Assembly (NCBI GenBank): GCA_051294375.1
Contig: CM119263.1
Location: 31,240,358 to 31,292,824, forward strand
Origin: Paraspadella gotoi
Taxonomy: Eukaryota > Animalia > Chaetognatha
Reading direction: 5' to 3'
DNA: 52,467 nt
Shown piece by piece: positions 1 through 12,311 of this stretch (within the stretch, counting starts at the first letter, position 1; each line of letters begins with the position of its first letter). A model generated the notes under the pieces. The model ran no database searches and was not told where the DNA came from. It saw only the letters and a list, made by a program, of their open reading frames with translations. Position numbers and translations under genes: made by a program.

Positions 1-235
1 TTCTTATGCGATTGCGACGATCCTTATGCTTTTAATATTTAAAAAAAAATAAGATTATTCGTTTTTATAATCATAATTAACATTTGTTGTCAACAGAATG
101 TGGACTCTGAATTCGAGCGTAATCTCCAACAGGCGCTGCTTCTTAGTAAACTTGAAGCGGAACAAGCGCGAACATTAATGGTGGGTTTATATTCTATACC
201 ATGATAGAAAAAAAATTGTCGCGGTTACTTTCCAT
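1..235 (+). repeat. Near-identical duplicate of 2883-3116, including a GKAP1 exon
   Basis: Identical apart from one A in a homopolymer; the copies lie either side of the N gap. Confidence 0.95.
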
Positions 236-3200
236 CTATTATGGGTTAAAATAAGTAAAAAGATTCAAGTAAATGTGACTCATATTTTTTTATTAAACTC
301 ATTTCCACTTGTACGTTTCCACCGAAACTTTATATCAAGCATCGTTACACATTTTTCTACCCACACAAAAAAATTTGAACTCAATCTATCCATCCAATTA
401 TGATTAATTAGAGTACTTATTGGTTAAAATATGTAAAAATATTTTAGTAAATGCGACTTATGTTTTTTCCACTTAAACTCATTTCCACTCACACGATTCC
501 GTCGAAACTTTATATCCAGCTTTATCACACACTTTCCTACCCACACACAAAATTTCATTCCAATCCAACCAGCCAATCACGAGTTATTGGAGCTTTTTGC
601 TAAGGTGGGACGGATGGACGGATTGATAGATTGATTAATTATTGATTAATTAATTTGACTAATTGATTATATAATTGATTAATTATTTGATTTATTAATA
701 CAACCTGCATATACATTTAATATAAAAGGAAAAAGAATCATAATCAATTAGTGAAACAGGTTTTTTGTTTTTTTCCATTTAAACTCATTTCCACTCAAAA
801 GATTCCATCGAAACTTGGTTTCCTGTTCAATCACACACTTTTCTACTCGCATACAAAATTCCAGGTCAATCGATAATTAAGTGGTAATAAGCTAACTTGG
901 TCAACTTGCATAATTTAATCAACTTGCATAATTTGGTTAACTGACATAATTTGGTCTACTGACATAATTTGGTCAACTGACATAATTTGATCAATTAAGA
1001 TAATTTGGTCAACCGGCATAATTTGGTCAACTGGCATAATTTTTTCAACTGGTGTCTAATTTGGTCAACTGGCATAATTTGGTCAACAGGCAAAATTTGG
1101 TCAACAGGCAAAATTTGGTCAACTTGCAGAACTTTATCAACCTGCAGAATTTGGTCAACTGGCATATTTGGTCAACTTTAAAATATTTGGTCAACTGGCA
1201 TATTTTTGTCAATTGGCATAATTTTGGTAAATCAATCAATCAATCAATCAATCAATTAATCAGAGAGAGATAGAGAGAGAGAAACTTTAAAAAATTCAAA
1301 TAAATGTGTCTTTGGTTTTTTAATTTGAACTCTTTTCCACTCCTACGATTCCATCAAAAAATTTATATCTATGCAATAATATACAGACAGAACTAAACAA
1401 TCAAATTCCATACCATACACAAGATTATTTGTAGGCAGTATCTGCTTCTTTCAAGGGGATCTTATTAATATGTGGCCATTTTTTTTAGATAAAAATAATA
1501 ATTATGAGTAAATTCTAAGTAAAAATACTTCGAAAGTAAATATACTTTTTTTTTTCCATTTTAACTCATTTCATCGGCACAGTATTCTTATCGAAATTTT
1601 ATATATCCAGCTCAATCACATTCAGCTGTTTCCTACCATCACTACAAATTTCAAGTCAACTTCCTAATCGCACTCATGAGCAATGCGTTCAAATTAGTGA
1701 AATATATTTCTTTATATATTATATATATAATATATTTTTAAACCAATTTCACTCGCACGATTCCTCGAAACTCATATCCATCTCAATCAAACAAGTTTCC
1801 TACCCACACACAAAATTTCATACCAATCCATCCATCCAAACAACGAGTAATTGGAGTTTTTTGCTAAGGTGGGATGGAGGACAGACGGACGGACGGAGGA
1901 CATCGTTTTTTTTTGCATAATTAATCATAATTCGATTGTTCTGACATGATATAAGTGTGTGCCCGACAATATTGAGGGCGGCGGACCGACAAAGTGAATT
2001 ATAGAGTCAGGATCTGCTGATAAGCTGATAAGACTAAAAACGAAATAAAAACCGATACAAAATGATACACGAATGCGATGCCTAATTTTACGAGTTCAAT
2101 CCTATTTCAATTTTTTTTAATTAAAAAAAAAAGAAAGAAATCAAAAGGTAGCAGCAGAAGCAGCAGGAGAAAAGAGAGAAAGAGAGCCTTGCAGAGCCAG
2201 CTGCAGACTCTTTTTTCCCTCATGAATTAGTGACTAGGGAAAGAAAAAGGGAGAGAGACATATAATTAAGAGAAAAGAGAGAGAGAAAGAAATATAAAAA
2301 TAAAAAAGAGAAAATTTGTTTGTTTGATAAAACGTAAACAAAACATATTTAATCACTGTCCTGACCCAATTTAAGCACATCGATGATTGAGAAGCTGTAA
2401 ATATTAAATTTTCAGCTTCCANNNNNNNNNNNNNNNNNNNNNNNNNTTTAGATGAAATTTTGTGAGCGGGTAGGAAAGTGTGTGAATTTTTGACAGTTAT
2501 TAAATATGTTTTATATTTAATAACTGTCCTAACCCAATTTTAAGGACATCGATGATGATAAGTTGAATATAAATTTAAAATTAATTATTACATATTAAAA
2601 TTAATTAATTAATTAATTATCGTAGGCAGATCCGACATTGTTTGCTCAAACTTATTTTTTTCTCAGAAGCTGCGTCTGCTGATTAGTTTATTTTTTAACA
2701 ATGAAAAAAGTTTTTGTTTTTTTTCCTTTTTATTTCAGAAACTGTAACTTTAATTTCCCTCGGTACTTTATTATTTTTTTTAATTGACAATCGCAAAATA
2801 GAATTTTTCTTTGTTTATAAATTAATTTCCTTTTTTCAAATTTTTTTTTTTTAGTATCAAAATTTGTCGTCAATCCAGATTTTTCTTATGCGATTGCGAC
2901 GATCCTTATGCTTTTAATATTTAAAAAAAAATAAGATTATTCGTTTTTATAATCATAATTAACATTTGTTGTCAACAGAATGTGGACTCTGAATTCGAGC
3001 GTAATCTCCAACAGGCGCTGCTTCTTAGTAAACTTGAAGCGGAACAAGCGCGAACATTAATGGTGGGTTTATATTCTATACCATGATAGAAAAAAAATTG
3101 TCGCGGTTACTTTCCAGCTATTTTTCGGCATTTTAATGTGAGAATCGAAAAATAATATCGAGAAACTTTGACCTTTTGTGATTCATATAAGCTGTGTCTC

Positions 3201-5445
3201 ATTTATGTACGACAAAAAATACAAGAGTTCCATGCAAAAGAAAATGTCCAAAAAAATGCTTCCTTCTTTTTTATCTTTTTCATATCTCCACTTTTCATTT
3301 ATACTAATTTCCAGTTCTTTTTTATTACTTTTTCAGTTAAATCGTTACTATTAAAAATCTCTGCCTTTTCTCAGTCTCATGTCAAATAGTTATTGCATCA
3401 TCTCCATTAGGATAGATTCAGGGATGAATCTTAATTCATATATAAAAAAAAATAGCGGTATTAAAAATACATTAATGCTGTAGATGCTCCAGAATATTTT
3501 TTTTTATATTGTAAAGTATTAATAAAAGTTTTTTTTTCATGGTAAAAAAAAATTATAAGGTTATGTTTAACCATACCAATTGTCTTTATTCTAAATTAAG
3601 GCTCTGGCCGGGGAACCGGAGCCAACATCACCGCCAGCGGCGGCCCCGGCAGCGACCGGCGCCGTTTCGAAAAAGAAGCAGAAAAAGTCCCAGCAGAGCA
3701 GTGGCAGCAGCAGCGCCAAAGTCAAGACGGAGAAGACGCTGCCTCTCGCCTCCTTTCTCAACGAACCGTCACCGCCGAGCGAAGGTAAAAGGCGGTAAAT
3801 GAGGCCTTTAAAATCCGTTAATAATATGATTATTTATTATATGTTTATTTAATAATGACCCTTTTCTCGCAGGACGCGCGTCGGACGCTTATGGAAGATT
3901 AAAAGGCGAAGAGGGTTCCTCCGAACAAGAGACGCTCTTGGTTCGTTTGTGATGTCCGGTATTTTACTAAAACGTCTTTATTTTCCTTCCTTTTAAATGT
4001 CTGTTCCTCCCCCCTTGTGGTTACTCTAAATTTACAATAAATGTCGTTTGAACTCTCGATTAATTTGTGTGATGTTTTGTATTTGTTATTTCTTTTAAGT
4101 ACAGTTCTCTTTTCTTTACCTCCTTTCCAGTTCCGAGATGATTAGTAATTGATTAGTAATTGATTATGGCGAACAAAATGACATGTATCGATTTATTGAA
4201 ATAGGAAAAGCGAATGGAACCGAATAGTCTAATTGTATATCGTACAAGCTGGATTCTTTTGAGAGGCTAGGAAAAGAGAGAGAAAAACCTTGGTTAACAT
4301 TTGTAAACAGAACAATACAAAATCAAAAAGAATCCACGATAATTTCTTATTTGTTATTTCATATTAGTTTGGCGACTCCGATTCCATCTCACTCCCCCCT
4401 ATCTTCAGATCTCCCCTCACTTCGCGACCCTCGCTCCGAAGCCTAAGACCTACGAGGTGGAGGCGTCGGACGTGGCCTCCGCCGAAGAGTTCGTCCGCTC
4501 GGAGAAGTGGAAGGAGGGAAGAAAGGAGGACAAGAGACTCAAAGAAGAGAAAGAGAAGGAGAAGTCGCTCATTGATCAACTCCAACGCGACGTGGGGAAG
4601 ATCATTCGCAAGGAAGAGTGCACCCAATTTCTCAAGAATAATGAGGTGGACACTTGTAGGATGTTTAGAGATGTTTCTATGTAAACAGATTCGAGTAAAA
4701 TCAGTTGATTCGAGTTAAGTCTGGGCTTAAGGCCGCAAACGGTAAGGCATCCATCTGTAAATCAAATCAACAAATCTAGTACCAGCCGATGCTAAATTGC
4801 TTAGAAAATCGTTGATATGACTTAATTCGACCGGGAACTGGTTCTTTTCTCACGCGTCGATGGGATTGAAACGGGCCCCGCGTATTTAAATAACCAAGTT
4901 TACATCTCAATTTCCAGCATCTTATCTCCGAGACGGTACGTTCCGCTCAATTTCTGGCGGACATCGAAGATAAGGACAAAGAGATCCAAACTTATAAAGA
5001 GCAAATCGAAAAAATGAAAGAGGAATTCGCAAAAGTCAAAAAGAGGAACAAACAGTTGGCCTTTATAATCTCGCAGGGAGAGAGTGAGTAGTGCCCTTTG
5101 CTTTATTACCTTATTACATATTTTTAAATCCTCGCTTTTTAATTGATTTATTTTTCAGTGCAAGAAAAAGCGGACTTAATCACGGAGATAGATGAACTGC
5201 AAGAAGTTAAAAATGAACTCACGTCACAGGTGATTTTAAAAAATACATATTTACATAAAAAGTAAGGCCGTGAAATATGTTTGTTTAAACGTCTTTCCTC
5301 AATTTTCTCTTTGCCACAGACAATCCAATTGCAGCAAGAGTTGGAGCAAGAAAGAACGAAAAATCACAAATTGACGAAAGAACTGCAATCGCTGAAGGGC
5401 AGCAAGGGAGGGAAGCAATCATCGCCATCTGGCTCCGATTCCTGA
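97..5445 (+). CDS. GKAP1: G kinase-anchoring protein 1 (GKAP42) homologue, 3' exons; 5' end lies upstream of the window
   Basis: GT-AG exons joined in frame: 97-180 (duplicate at 2979-3062; NVDSEFERNLQQALLLSKLEAEQ), 3601-3784, 3873-3940, 4409-4645 (LIDQLQRDVGKIIRKE), 4918-5083 (KVKKRNKQLAFIISQGE), 5159-5229 (MQEKADLITEIDELQEVKNELTSQ), 5320-5445 (LQQELEQERTK...TGA). Matches my recollection of GKAP1 motifs ALLLSKLE, VKARNAQL...QEGEMKDKAE, IKNELT, LEQERSK. Confidence 0.82.
293..1900 (+). repeat. Cluster of ~6 degenerate ~150-180 bp repeats with (GGAC/GGAT)n tails (interspersed family D)
   Basis: Motif taaactcatttccact...cgaaactt.tatatccagc...tttcctacccacac at ~293, 474, 780, 1326, 1561, 1745; inverted copies at ~2447-2485 and ~38470-38650. 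Confidence 0.75.
893..1228 (+). repeat. 18-bp minisatellite (consensus ATAATTTGGTCAACTGGC)
   Basis: Tandem degenerate units; gives the 6-aa periodicity (NWHNLV) in the ORF track. Confidence 0.92.
2050..2421 (-). mobile_element. Fragment of Helentron/HINE-like family A, inverted
   Basis: Reverse complement of ~20015-20400 and ~12920-13220 (ctgcagctggctctgcag, ctgctgcttctgctgct, ttaggcatcgcattcgtg). Confidence 0.75.
2422..2446. other. Assembly gap (25 N)
   Basis: Run of N in the sequence. Confidence 1.
2733..2920 (+). mobile_element. 3' end of Helentron/HINE-like family A
   Basis: Matches 20410-20588, ending in gcgattgcgacgatccttatgcttttaa. Confidence 0.75.
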
Positions 5446-5458
5446 AAGGGAAGATGGC

Positions 5459-5461
<3 letters not shown>

Positions 5462-5507
<46 letters not shown>

Positions 5508-5517
5508 GAGAGAGAGA
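5462..5517 (+). repeat. (GA)n microsatellite in GKAP1 3' UTR
   Basis: Seen directly; similar tracts at ~6454-6476 and ~41404-41442. Confidence 0.95.
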
Positions 5518-6319
5518 CACGCCGACGCCGAGAAATGACCCCGCCCAAGTTTGCCGTTCATATATTCCATGCGTGGGGAACTTTTTTTTTGGCGTTGAAG
5601 GTTCGACCAAATTATAACTTTCCCGAAAAACTAAATCGGACGGTGATTAATCAATAATCATTATGTTAGTTAATAATTCGCTTGTAAGTTTGTAACGCCC
5701 TTCACAGTTATTGTTGATTCGTTAAAGCTTTTGCGATTTTTCTAGTGTCCAGTTGCGTATTTATTTTTTAGATTGTTAGATTTTTTTTCACATTTCCGGT
5801 TCGGCATTTATGTAGAATTACCTAGTTTTAAAGTATATATAGAATATTTGTATTTACTTTTATAAAAATAAATATTTTAAAGACACTTATGACCGAAATA
5901 ATAAATTTTATTTGTTGGTCTGGGACAATGTTCAACTGGAACTCGTTGAAATGAGAAACATTTTTATTATCGCATTAAAATTATTTTCTCGTTTGTGATT
6001 GTTCTTAATTAAAATAGAGACATTAACAAAAAAAAAATTGGCTGGAAACTCTTCATATTTCTCCGAGGATGAAGTAACTCTCGAGTCCTTCACTACAACT
6101 CTAAAGACTTTTGCTAAGATAACGGGTTCGCTAAGGCGAAGGTGGAACGGACGCTTCCAGTTGGGCCGTAGTGACGATTATTTATTGGATGGCACATGTC
6201 TACACCAAAATCACCCAATCCCGATCTGCAATATTTTTCTTCAAATTTCATTGTGTTAAATCTTTCTCTTTTGTTGTTTGTGTTGTACTAGGAAGAACAA
6301 CGAAAATTTCGAATGTTTG

Positions 6320-6428
6320 TCCCTGATCTCTTTTTTTTTCCTTTTTTGTTCGCGTTTATTGTTGACAAAGGATCTTTTTGCAACCATTCCCGCAATTATT
6401 TGTTTGCTCTGTTTTCTTTCAGAAAAAA
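6320..6428 (+). mobile_element. 3' tail of RLE-type non-LTR retrotransposon (same family as 31640-32050)
   Basis: ttttgcaaccattcccgcaattatttgtttgctctgttttc..tcagaaaaaa is the reverse complement of ~31660-31715. Confidence 0.75.
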
Positions 6429-6601
6429 CTATTCAAATCTTTCAAACATTTGTGAGAGAGAGAGAGAGAGAGAGAGTTGCCATCTAAATATCAAAAAGTT
6501 ATACTTATTATTTTCAGTATTTGAGAAGTTGGTCTCCCTTGAAAAATTTACTTTGGACCTTGTTTGGTCATAAAAAAGAACTATGATGAATTGATGATAG
6601 T

Positions 6602-8606
6602 ATGACGATAAATTTAAAATCGATCGTTTCGAGCCTATCAAAAAAACGATATAAAAGGTCAGTTGGGACGCAGTGCCTCTTGGGTGTGACATGCCTCATT
6701 GTCGTCGTCATCAATTGGTTGTTTTTCTCAAGTTCACTTCTCGAAATCTTTCGCCCAAACGGTCGACCAACTTCACTCGTTTCGTTGCGAAGAGACAAGG
6801 TTTTGTTGGGTTTTTTGTTGCGCCGCGAGTACTCGAGGAGCAACTCTGTCACTTTTCGGTCGGTCTGTCCGTCATTCTGTCCCATTTACGTTGAAAATGT
6901 ATGCAATTTGCCTATAGTTGGTTGCTGATTTGTTTAAACAGAAAAAACTACAAATCTAAGATACTGCTAGCGCCGCCTTCAGGCATTACTAAAATTAAAG
7001 AATAAAAGACAGATTTTGATGCTGGCAAAAAGTTTTTAGTTATATCATGTCATATCATATCATGTCATCAAAGGGAAATACACGTGAAAAAAAGTCACGT
7101 TCTTTTGTCTGTCTTTGATTATGTTGGTCCGTGGATAATACATTAATCTTAATTTATTTAATGTCATTCAATAAATTAAGATTAAAAAGTTAAATTTGTA
7201 AAGAAAAAAGGAGAAATGAGGAAAATAAAAAACCTAATGTTGACCTAATCGCTATAGCCGTGCCTTTGGTATGTTGCAGTCCGAGACTGGATTCGGTGTA
7301 CACTGTACAGGACTTCTGCCTTCATCACGACTTCTTTTGTAATTTCATTAATTTGAACCAGGGACGATTCACGACTCCACTGAGCTGGGAGCTAAAATTC
7401 GAGCGAGAGCGGAGGAGGATAAATTTGAGGGACATTCATCCATCGATCGCTGATCATCGATTGGAGAAAAATTTGAAAAATCCTTGTTGGTTCGAAAATG
7501 AGGAGAGAAGCAGTTTATACGAGAATAACCCTTACGCCAAGTATTCCGAATCACTCAAGGAAAATTTTGAGAAATTCGAGAGACTCGAGCGAGACGATCT
7601 TTTCCTGCGCGGACGGAGATTTCGATGCATGCCCTACTTTTACATCTTCGGAGTCCAAAAAAGCGGGACGACGGATTTTTACGAGAAACTCACCTCTCAT
7701 CCGCAGATAGAGACTGGTCCGTTGAAAGAACCCGATTGGTGGATTAGGCGGCGTTTCGGTCTTTTGAACCCCGAAGTCTTTTTTCATCAACAAAGATACT
7801 CGAGATCTTTTCCTCCGGCGACGTTTCGAGATTACTTGGATCTCTACGACGGCGTCGCGATGAAGATATTGAGATCGATCGGTGATCCCGCGATCGAATC
7901 CGATGGTCGCTTCAAAGTCATCGTCGACGCCTCCGTTTGCCTCATGTGGGACAGCGACGGTTGGCTCAAATTCTTAAATTGGCGCTCATCCGATGGATCG
8001 TCATTGCCGTCCCTCATCGCCTCCCAATTGTTCGACCTCAATCCCTCCGCCAAGTTGATCGCTGTGCTGCGGGATCCCGCGTCGAGACTTTACTCCGAGT
8101 ATCGCTTCCGCAGAGATTGTCGGGGCGAGAAGTCTCCTCAGAATTTCCACGAGCTCGTCGTGTCGGCGATAGAGACGTTCGACTCCTGCTTGAGCAACGC
8201 CACGTTGGAGAGCTGCAGTCACGAGCGAGAGCTCAACTCTTTCGAGGGAGACTGTCTCGAAATTCCCTTTCGCCTTCGCGCCGGCCTCTACCACGTCTTC
8301 CTTCGCGATTGGCTCCGGCATTTTTCTCCACGACAGATTCTGCTGCTGAGGATGGAAGACTACGTCCGCGACATCCCCGCCGCTTTGGAGGAGGCGAGAG
8401 GATTTCTCGGCCTCGACCTCGCCTTCCGCGCTGGAGACGAGAAGTTGAAGGGAATTCGGAATCGAGGACGCGTCGATGTCGGGAGAATGAAAACAGAGAC
8501 GGCGGAGCTGCTGAGGAATTTCTATGAGCCGCACAACAGGGAATTGGCCAAATTGTGGCAAGACGAAAGGTTTTTATGGCGAGATTTTGGAACGACCCCG
8601 TCTTAG
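6602..8606 (+). CDS. CHST15: Carbohydrate sulfotransferase 15-like (GalNAc4S-6ST) Golgi type II membrane sulfotransferase
   Basis: Exon 1 6602-6799 (basic tail plus TM LLGVTCLIVVVINWLFF) spliced in phase 0 to 7362 (or 7311); KNPCW, 5'-PSB PYFYIFGVQKSGTTD, 3'-PB LRDPASRLYSEY, C-terminal FYEPHNRELAKL; stop 8604-8606. Orthology within an expanded family is uncertain. Confidence 0.8.
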
Positions 8607-8937
8607 TGATAAATTTTATCCAAAAGGCGTTGATAATCGAGGTTATCAAAACCTCGAACTGCATTCTTATTTTAAGGTTGTTAATTTTGAAGAAAAAAAA
8701 TTATTGGAAAAGAATCTCTTTCCTCTTTTTATTATGTTAACCCTACTAATTTTATAATGTTCTATGAAAATCTTTTTGAAAATTTTTGTTTTGACCGAAA
8801 AAATTTTGTTTATGAATTACTACTTTTTTGTCTCGTGGAATTGTTTCGAATGTAAAAATCAAATTTTTGTATTAAATTATTTGAAGAAAAAATCCATCCC
8901 CGTTTTTAGAGATCAAATTCTTAAAATTGATCATACA

Positions 8938-9240
8938 ATGGAATCAAATGAAGAAGCTGCTAACAAAGAGGCGGGTCGTCCAAAAATGGAAGAGGTTTTG
9001 CAAGTGAATGATACAAAAGCCCAAGGCATCATCCTAATAATCCTGGCTGTCGTAATTATTTTATATTAAATGTAAATGCAAGATGTATTAATTAATCAAA
9101 TAATTGATCAGTTAATTAATCAATTAGTCAATTAATTAATCAATAATTAAATAATCAGTCAATCAATTAAGTTAATCATTATCGGCATTATTCTCATCGT
9201 CGTTATTGCTTTTGTCGTGGTTAGTGACGAAAATACCTAA
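8938..9240 (+). CDS. Possible 60-aa hydrophobic microprotein or relic paralogue of the MS4A-like first exon
   Basis: ATG 8938, donor after 9051 (gtaatt), acceptor aag/9172, TAA 9238-9240; VLQVNDTKAQGIILIILAV resembles VLPVRTTRAQGITHIVLGV of the next gene. Confidence 0.35.
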
Positions 9241-9753
9241 AAACTAACATTTGGGATCAAATTAATTGTCTATTTAATTAATAATTAATTAATTACCGAT
9301 AATGATCGTGGGCAGATCCGACATTGTTTGCTCAAAATTGTTTTATTAGTAAATAGGTTTTAATATATAGTATAATCTCCCTACGGCTATATCTGTAAGA
9401 TGAACCAAAATTTCTCCTTTTTTTTTCATAAAAATAAATATGCTTACAGTAAGGTCCTATTCAAATGCAATAAAAATTTATCTTTTGAAATTCGACCTTG
9501 ACATTGATGAGCACATAATTAAGAAAGTAAGCAAACTGGACTACTCGGATTTTGAAAATAAAAAACGTCAGCGATTTTTTTACCTGGGTGCAAAAATTGA
9601 AGTTGCTATAATTAATCATTTAGCCACAGTATTTGATCTTTTCATTTCACTCCCATTTCAAATCCGTGTATGATGAAAATGTTTTCTTTTAAGATCCGTT
9701 ATTCAATTGTTGAAATAATTTTAAAAATATCTAAGGATACAATATCAATCATT

Positions 9754-11600
9754 ATGCAAACAAATACTGGATTTGGTGGGAGACGAGAAGGAGCGAGCTA
9801 TCAGACGGTTCCATCACCAACGATGTCTCTTGTTTTGCCAGTGAGGACGACAAGGGCACAAGGCATCACCCACATTGTGTTGGGCGTCATGATGGTTGGC
9901 TTTCAGATTGCGGCCATCATCGTCCTCGACAATCAAAACCACATTGAGCACAATCACTCGGACTCTGTTCTTGAGGTTGGCTCCGCCATCTGGTGCGGCC
10001 TCTTGGTCATCGGGTGTGGCATCATTGGATGCTGCGCCGCCGCTTATAAAACTAACAACACTGTGAGCATTTTCATATTATTTGTACGAATTTAAAAAAA
10101 TACAGCTTCTCTTATTTTGATGCTAGAGCGGGTTCAATATAGTATTCCTTAATCTAATACCTGAGGGAGTGGTCCTTTCAGACAATTGAAACATTCTTTG
10201 AAATATTATGCCACTTCATTGAAATGCCAGATACTCTGGGAGTAAATAAACGAGTCTTGATTGAAAGCTTGCAGGGTCCTGCTACGTTATTATCTTTTCA
10301 GGACTTAAACCACTTAAGCCTGTCCAATAAGGCGTAGTGAAAGTTACATACGAAAATTCTAAAAGTCAATTATGAACAAAATACCATCAGTGAACATTAA
10401 TTTGTAAAAAAAATTAATTTTATGTTTTTTAATTTTCGCAGTAGGCTATATTTATATATAGTACTATCCTTATAAAATCGAAAAATTTTAAAATAGGTTT
10501 TCTTAATTTTGAATGCAGATTTGAATTCCTCGTCAAAAGTTGATAAAAGAAAATATAAATCATTTTTAAAAATTCTTTCATTAAGTGGGTTAAAAATTAA
10601 AAAGACTATATTTAATATATAAAAAATTAATTTTCAGCGTATTTCTTTTTATCAACTTTTTATGACGAATCCAAATCTGCAAAAAAATCTTAAAAAAACT
10701 GTTTTGAAATTTTAACATTTATTGGTTTAGTACTAGAATAAATAATTAAATATGGCCTACTGCGTAAATTGTAAAATTTATTATAAATATTTTTATTATA
10801 TGAATGTCTATTAATATAATGTTGTTCGTTCCTCACTTTTAGAATTTTAATTAAAGTTAAATTTAGAAATTTTACTACGCCTTACTGTCCAATGTTTATA
10901 GTCAAGGCTCAGATATCTTATTTATTAAATGATTGGATCATTTTTATATTGGTTATACTAATATGATACTATAATTTTCATGCAGCAGCATTTACATACG
11001 GTATCTTTATAGTATAAAGATCCCGTATGTAAATGCTGCTGCCTGAAAAGAAAGAAAAAAGATTCGTAATTGCAGGTGATTGGGTTTTTGATTTTCAACA
11101 TATTTTCACTGATTTTATCGACGACCGTGTTGGGAATGATGGGTGGGGATTTGTCGCAACGCGATGTGATCTATTGCGATCATCGATGGATCAACGACAA
11201 ATACGAGGCTTATAACTGTTCTCCCTCTTACACGCCTTTGATTGCCATGACCTCCGTTCTCTTATTCGCCGCCTTGGTTGTCTTTTCTATCTCCATCTGG
11301 AGTATCGTCTCTTCATCCATTGCTATTCACAAGAGCAACGCTTGCTGTTGTCGTGGCCGTTGTTGTGTCAAGCAAGAGCCTCCCGTTTATGTGTACGGTC
11401 CTCAGCATCGGACGGTGAGTGACGTCTCGCGACTGGAGACGCATGAAAACGCGATGTCGACGCCTTCGATGGGGGAGGTCACGGAACGGGCTTCATTGGC
11501 TCAAGGATATGTTGCCCCACCGCCTTATGCCCCAGCGATGCCTTTACCGAAAGCTCTCGGTCGAGAACGAGCTAATCCTCCTTATCAACAATTGTACTAG
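9754..11600 (+). CDS. MS4A/CD20-like four-TM protein
   Basis: Exons 9754-10062 and 11076-11600 (GT-AG, phase 0); four hydrophobic segments, GSAIWCG motif, Cys-rich juxtamembrane CCC..CC, C-terminal PPPY. Confidence 0.75.
10150..10960 (+). repeat. Interspersed family C element split by a hAT MITE
   Basis: Homologous to ~28090-28260 and, in reverse, to ~15810-16030, ~36660-36830 and ~50235-50345 (aagcctccatcactcttacaagataatg core). Confidence 0.7.
10328..10884. mobile_element. hAT-type MITE (family B)
   Basis: TIRs TAAGGCGTAGTGAAA / TTTTACTACGCCTTA; 8-bp TSD CTGTCCAA at 10320-10327 and 10885-10892; YARNG terminus typical of hAT. Confidence 0.88.
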
Positions 11601-12311
11601 TATTCGGTGTACTTACATGGGGAATTATTGCTGATTACCAAAAAAAAATGATTAAATGATCATTGGGTGAAATAATAATTGGATCCGATATAAAAACTAA
11701 GCACGGTCGAGTTATCGACATTAGTTTTCACTTTTTTTATAGAAATAAGTCACTACCAAAAAAACTAGTCGAAGACGTCTCTAATTTATGCAGTTGGTTT
11801 TTAATACGTTTTTGAAGCGTTATAAAAATTAAAGTATGCTCAGAGATTTGCCAAGTTGCACAATGCACAATCACTCAAAACGAAATAATTGAATTAATTT
11901 CCTTGAAATTAAATGAAATTGTATTTTAAAATCGCCAAATATTTGGTAAACTAATGAATTTGTCATGTAAAGCTACATCTGTTATTGCATTTACGGTTTT
12001 TATTTCATTACAAAGTTAATTACGTTCATTCTTTTTGATTTATATTTATTAACAGCTTAAGAAAAGAGGCTAAGGGCAATGACAACTCAATGTGAACATT
12101 CTTTATCTTGCCTAAAAATAAATGTTTTTAACTATAAACCTTATTTATGACGATATAGCGCCTCTGACCAATCATTGCCTCCGACAACTTCATCATTAGA
12201 TCCCATGACTCCCAGGTTCGAAACTTGTATCGACGCCAAACCCCGACCCCCTCGCCGACGCATCCGCATCTCTCGCCGACGCCCAATCGCTTCGTGGGAC
12301 GTTAAAGCGCA

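Noticed and set aside
893-1273. Repetitive ORFs 1045-1239 and 1052-1273, or a CRISPR-like array
   Set aside because: Simple 18-bp tandem minisatellite with no unique spacers, in a eukaryotic intron.
7937-8664. Long alternative-frame and antisense ORFs over CHST15 (also over COPG, SMC3 and BLTP3 exons)
   Set aside because: Shadow ORFs caused by GC-rich codon usage; no recognisable domains.
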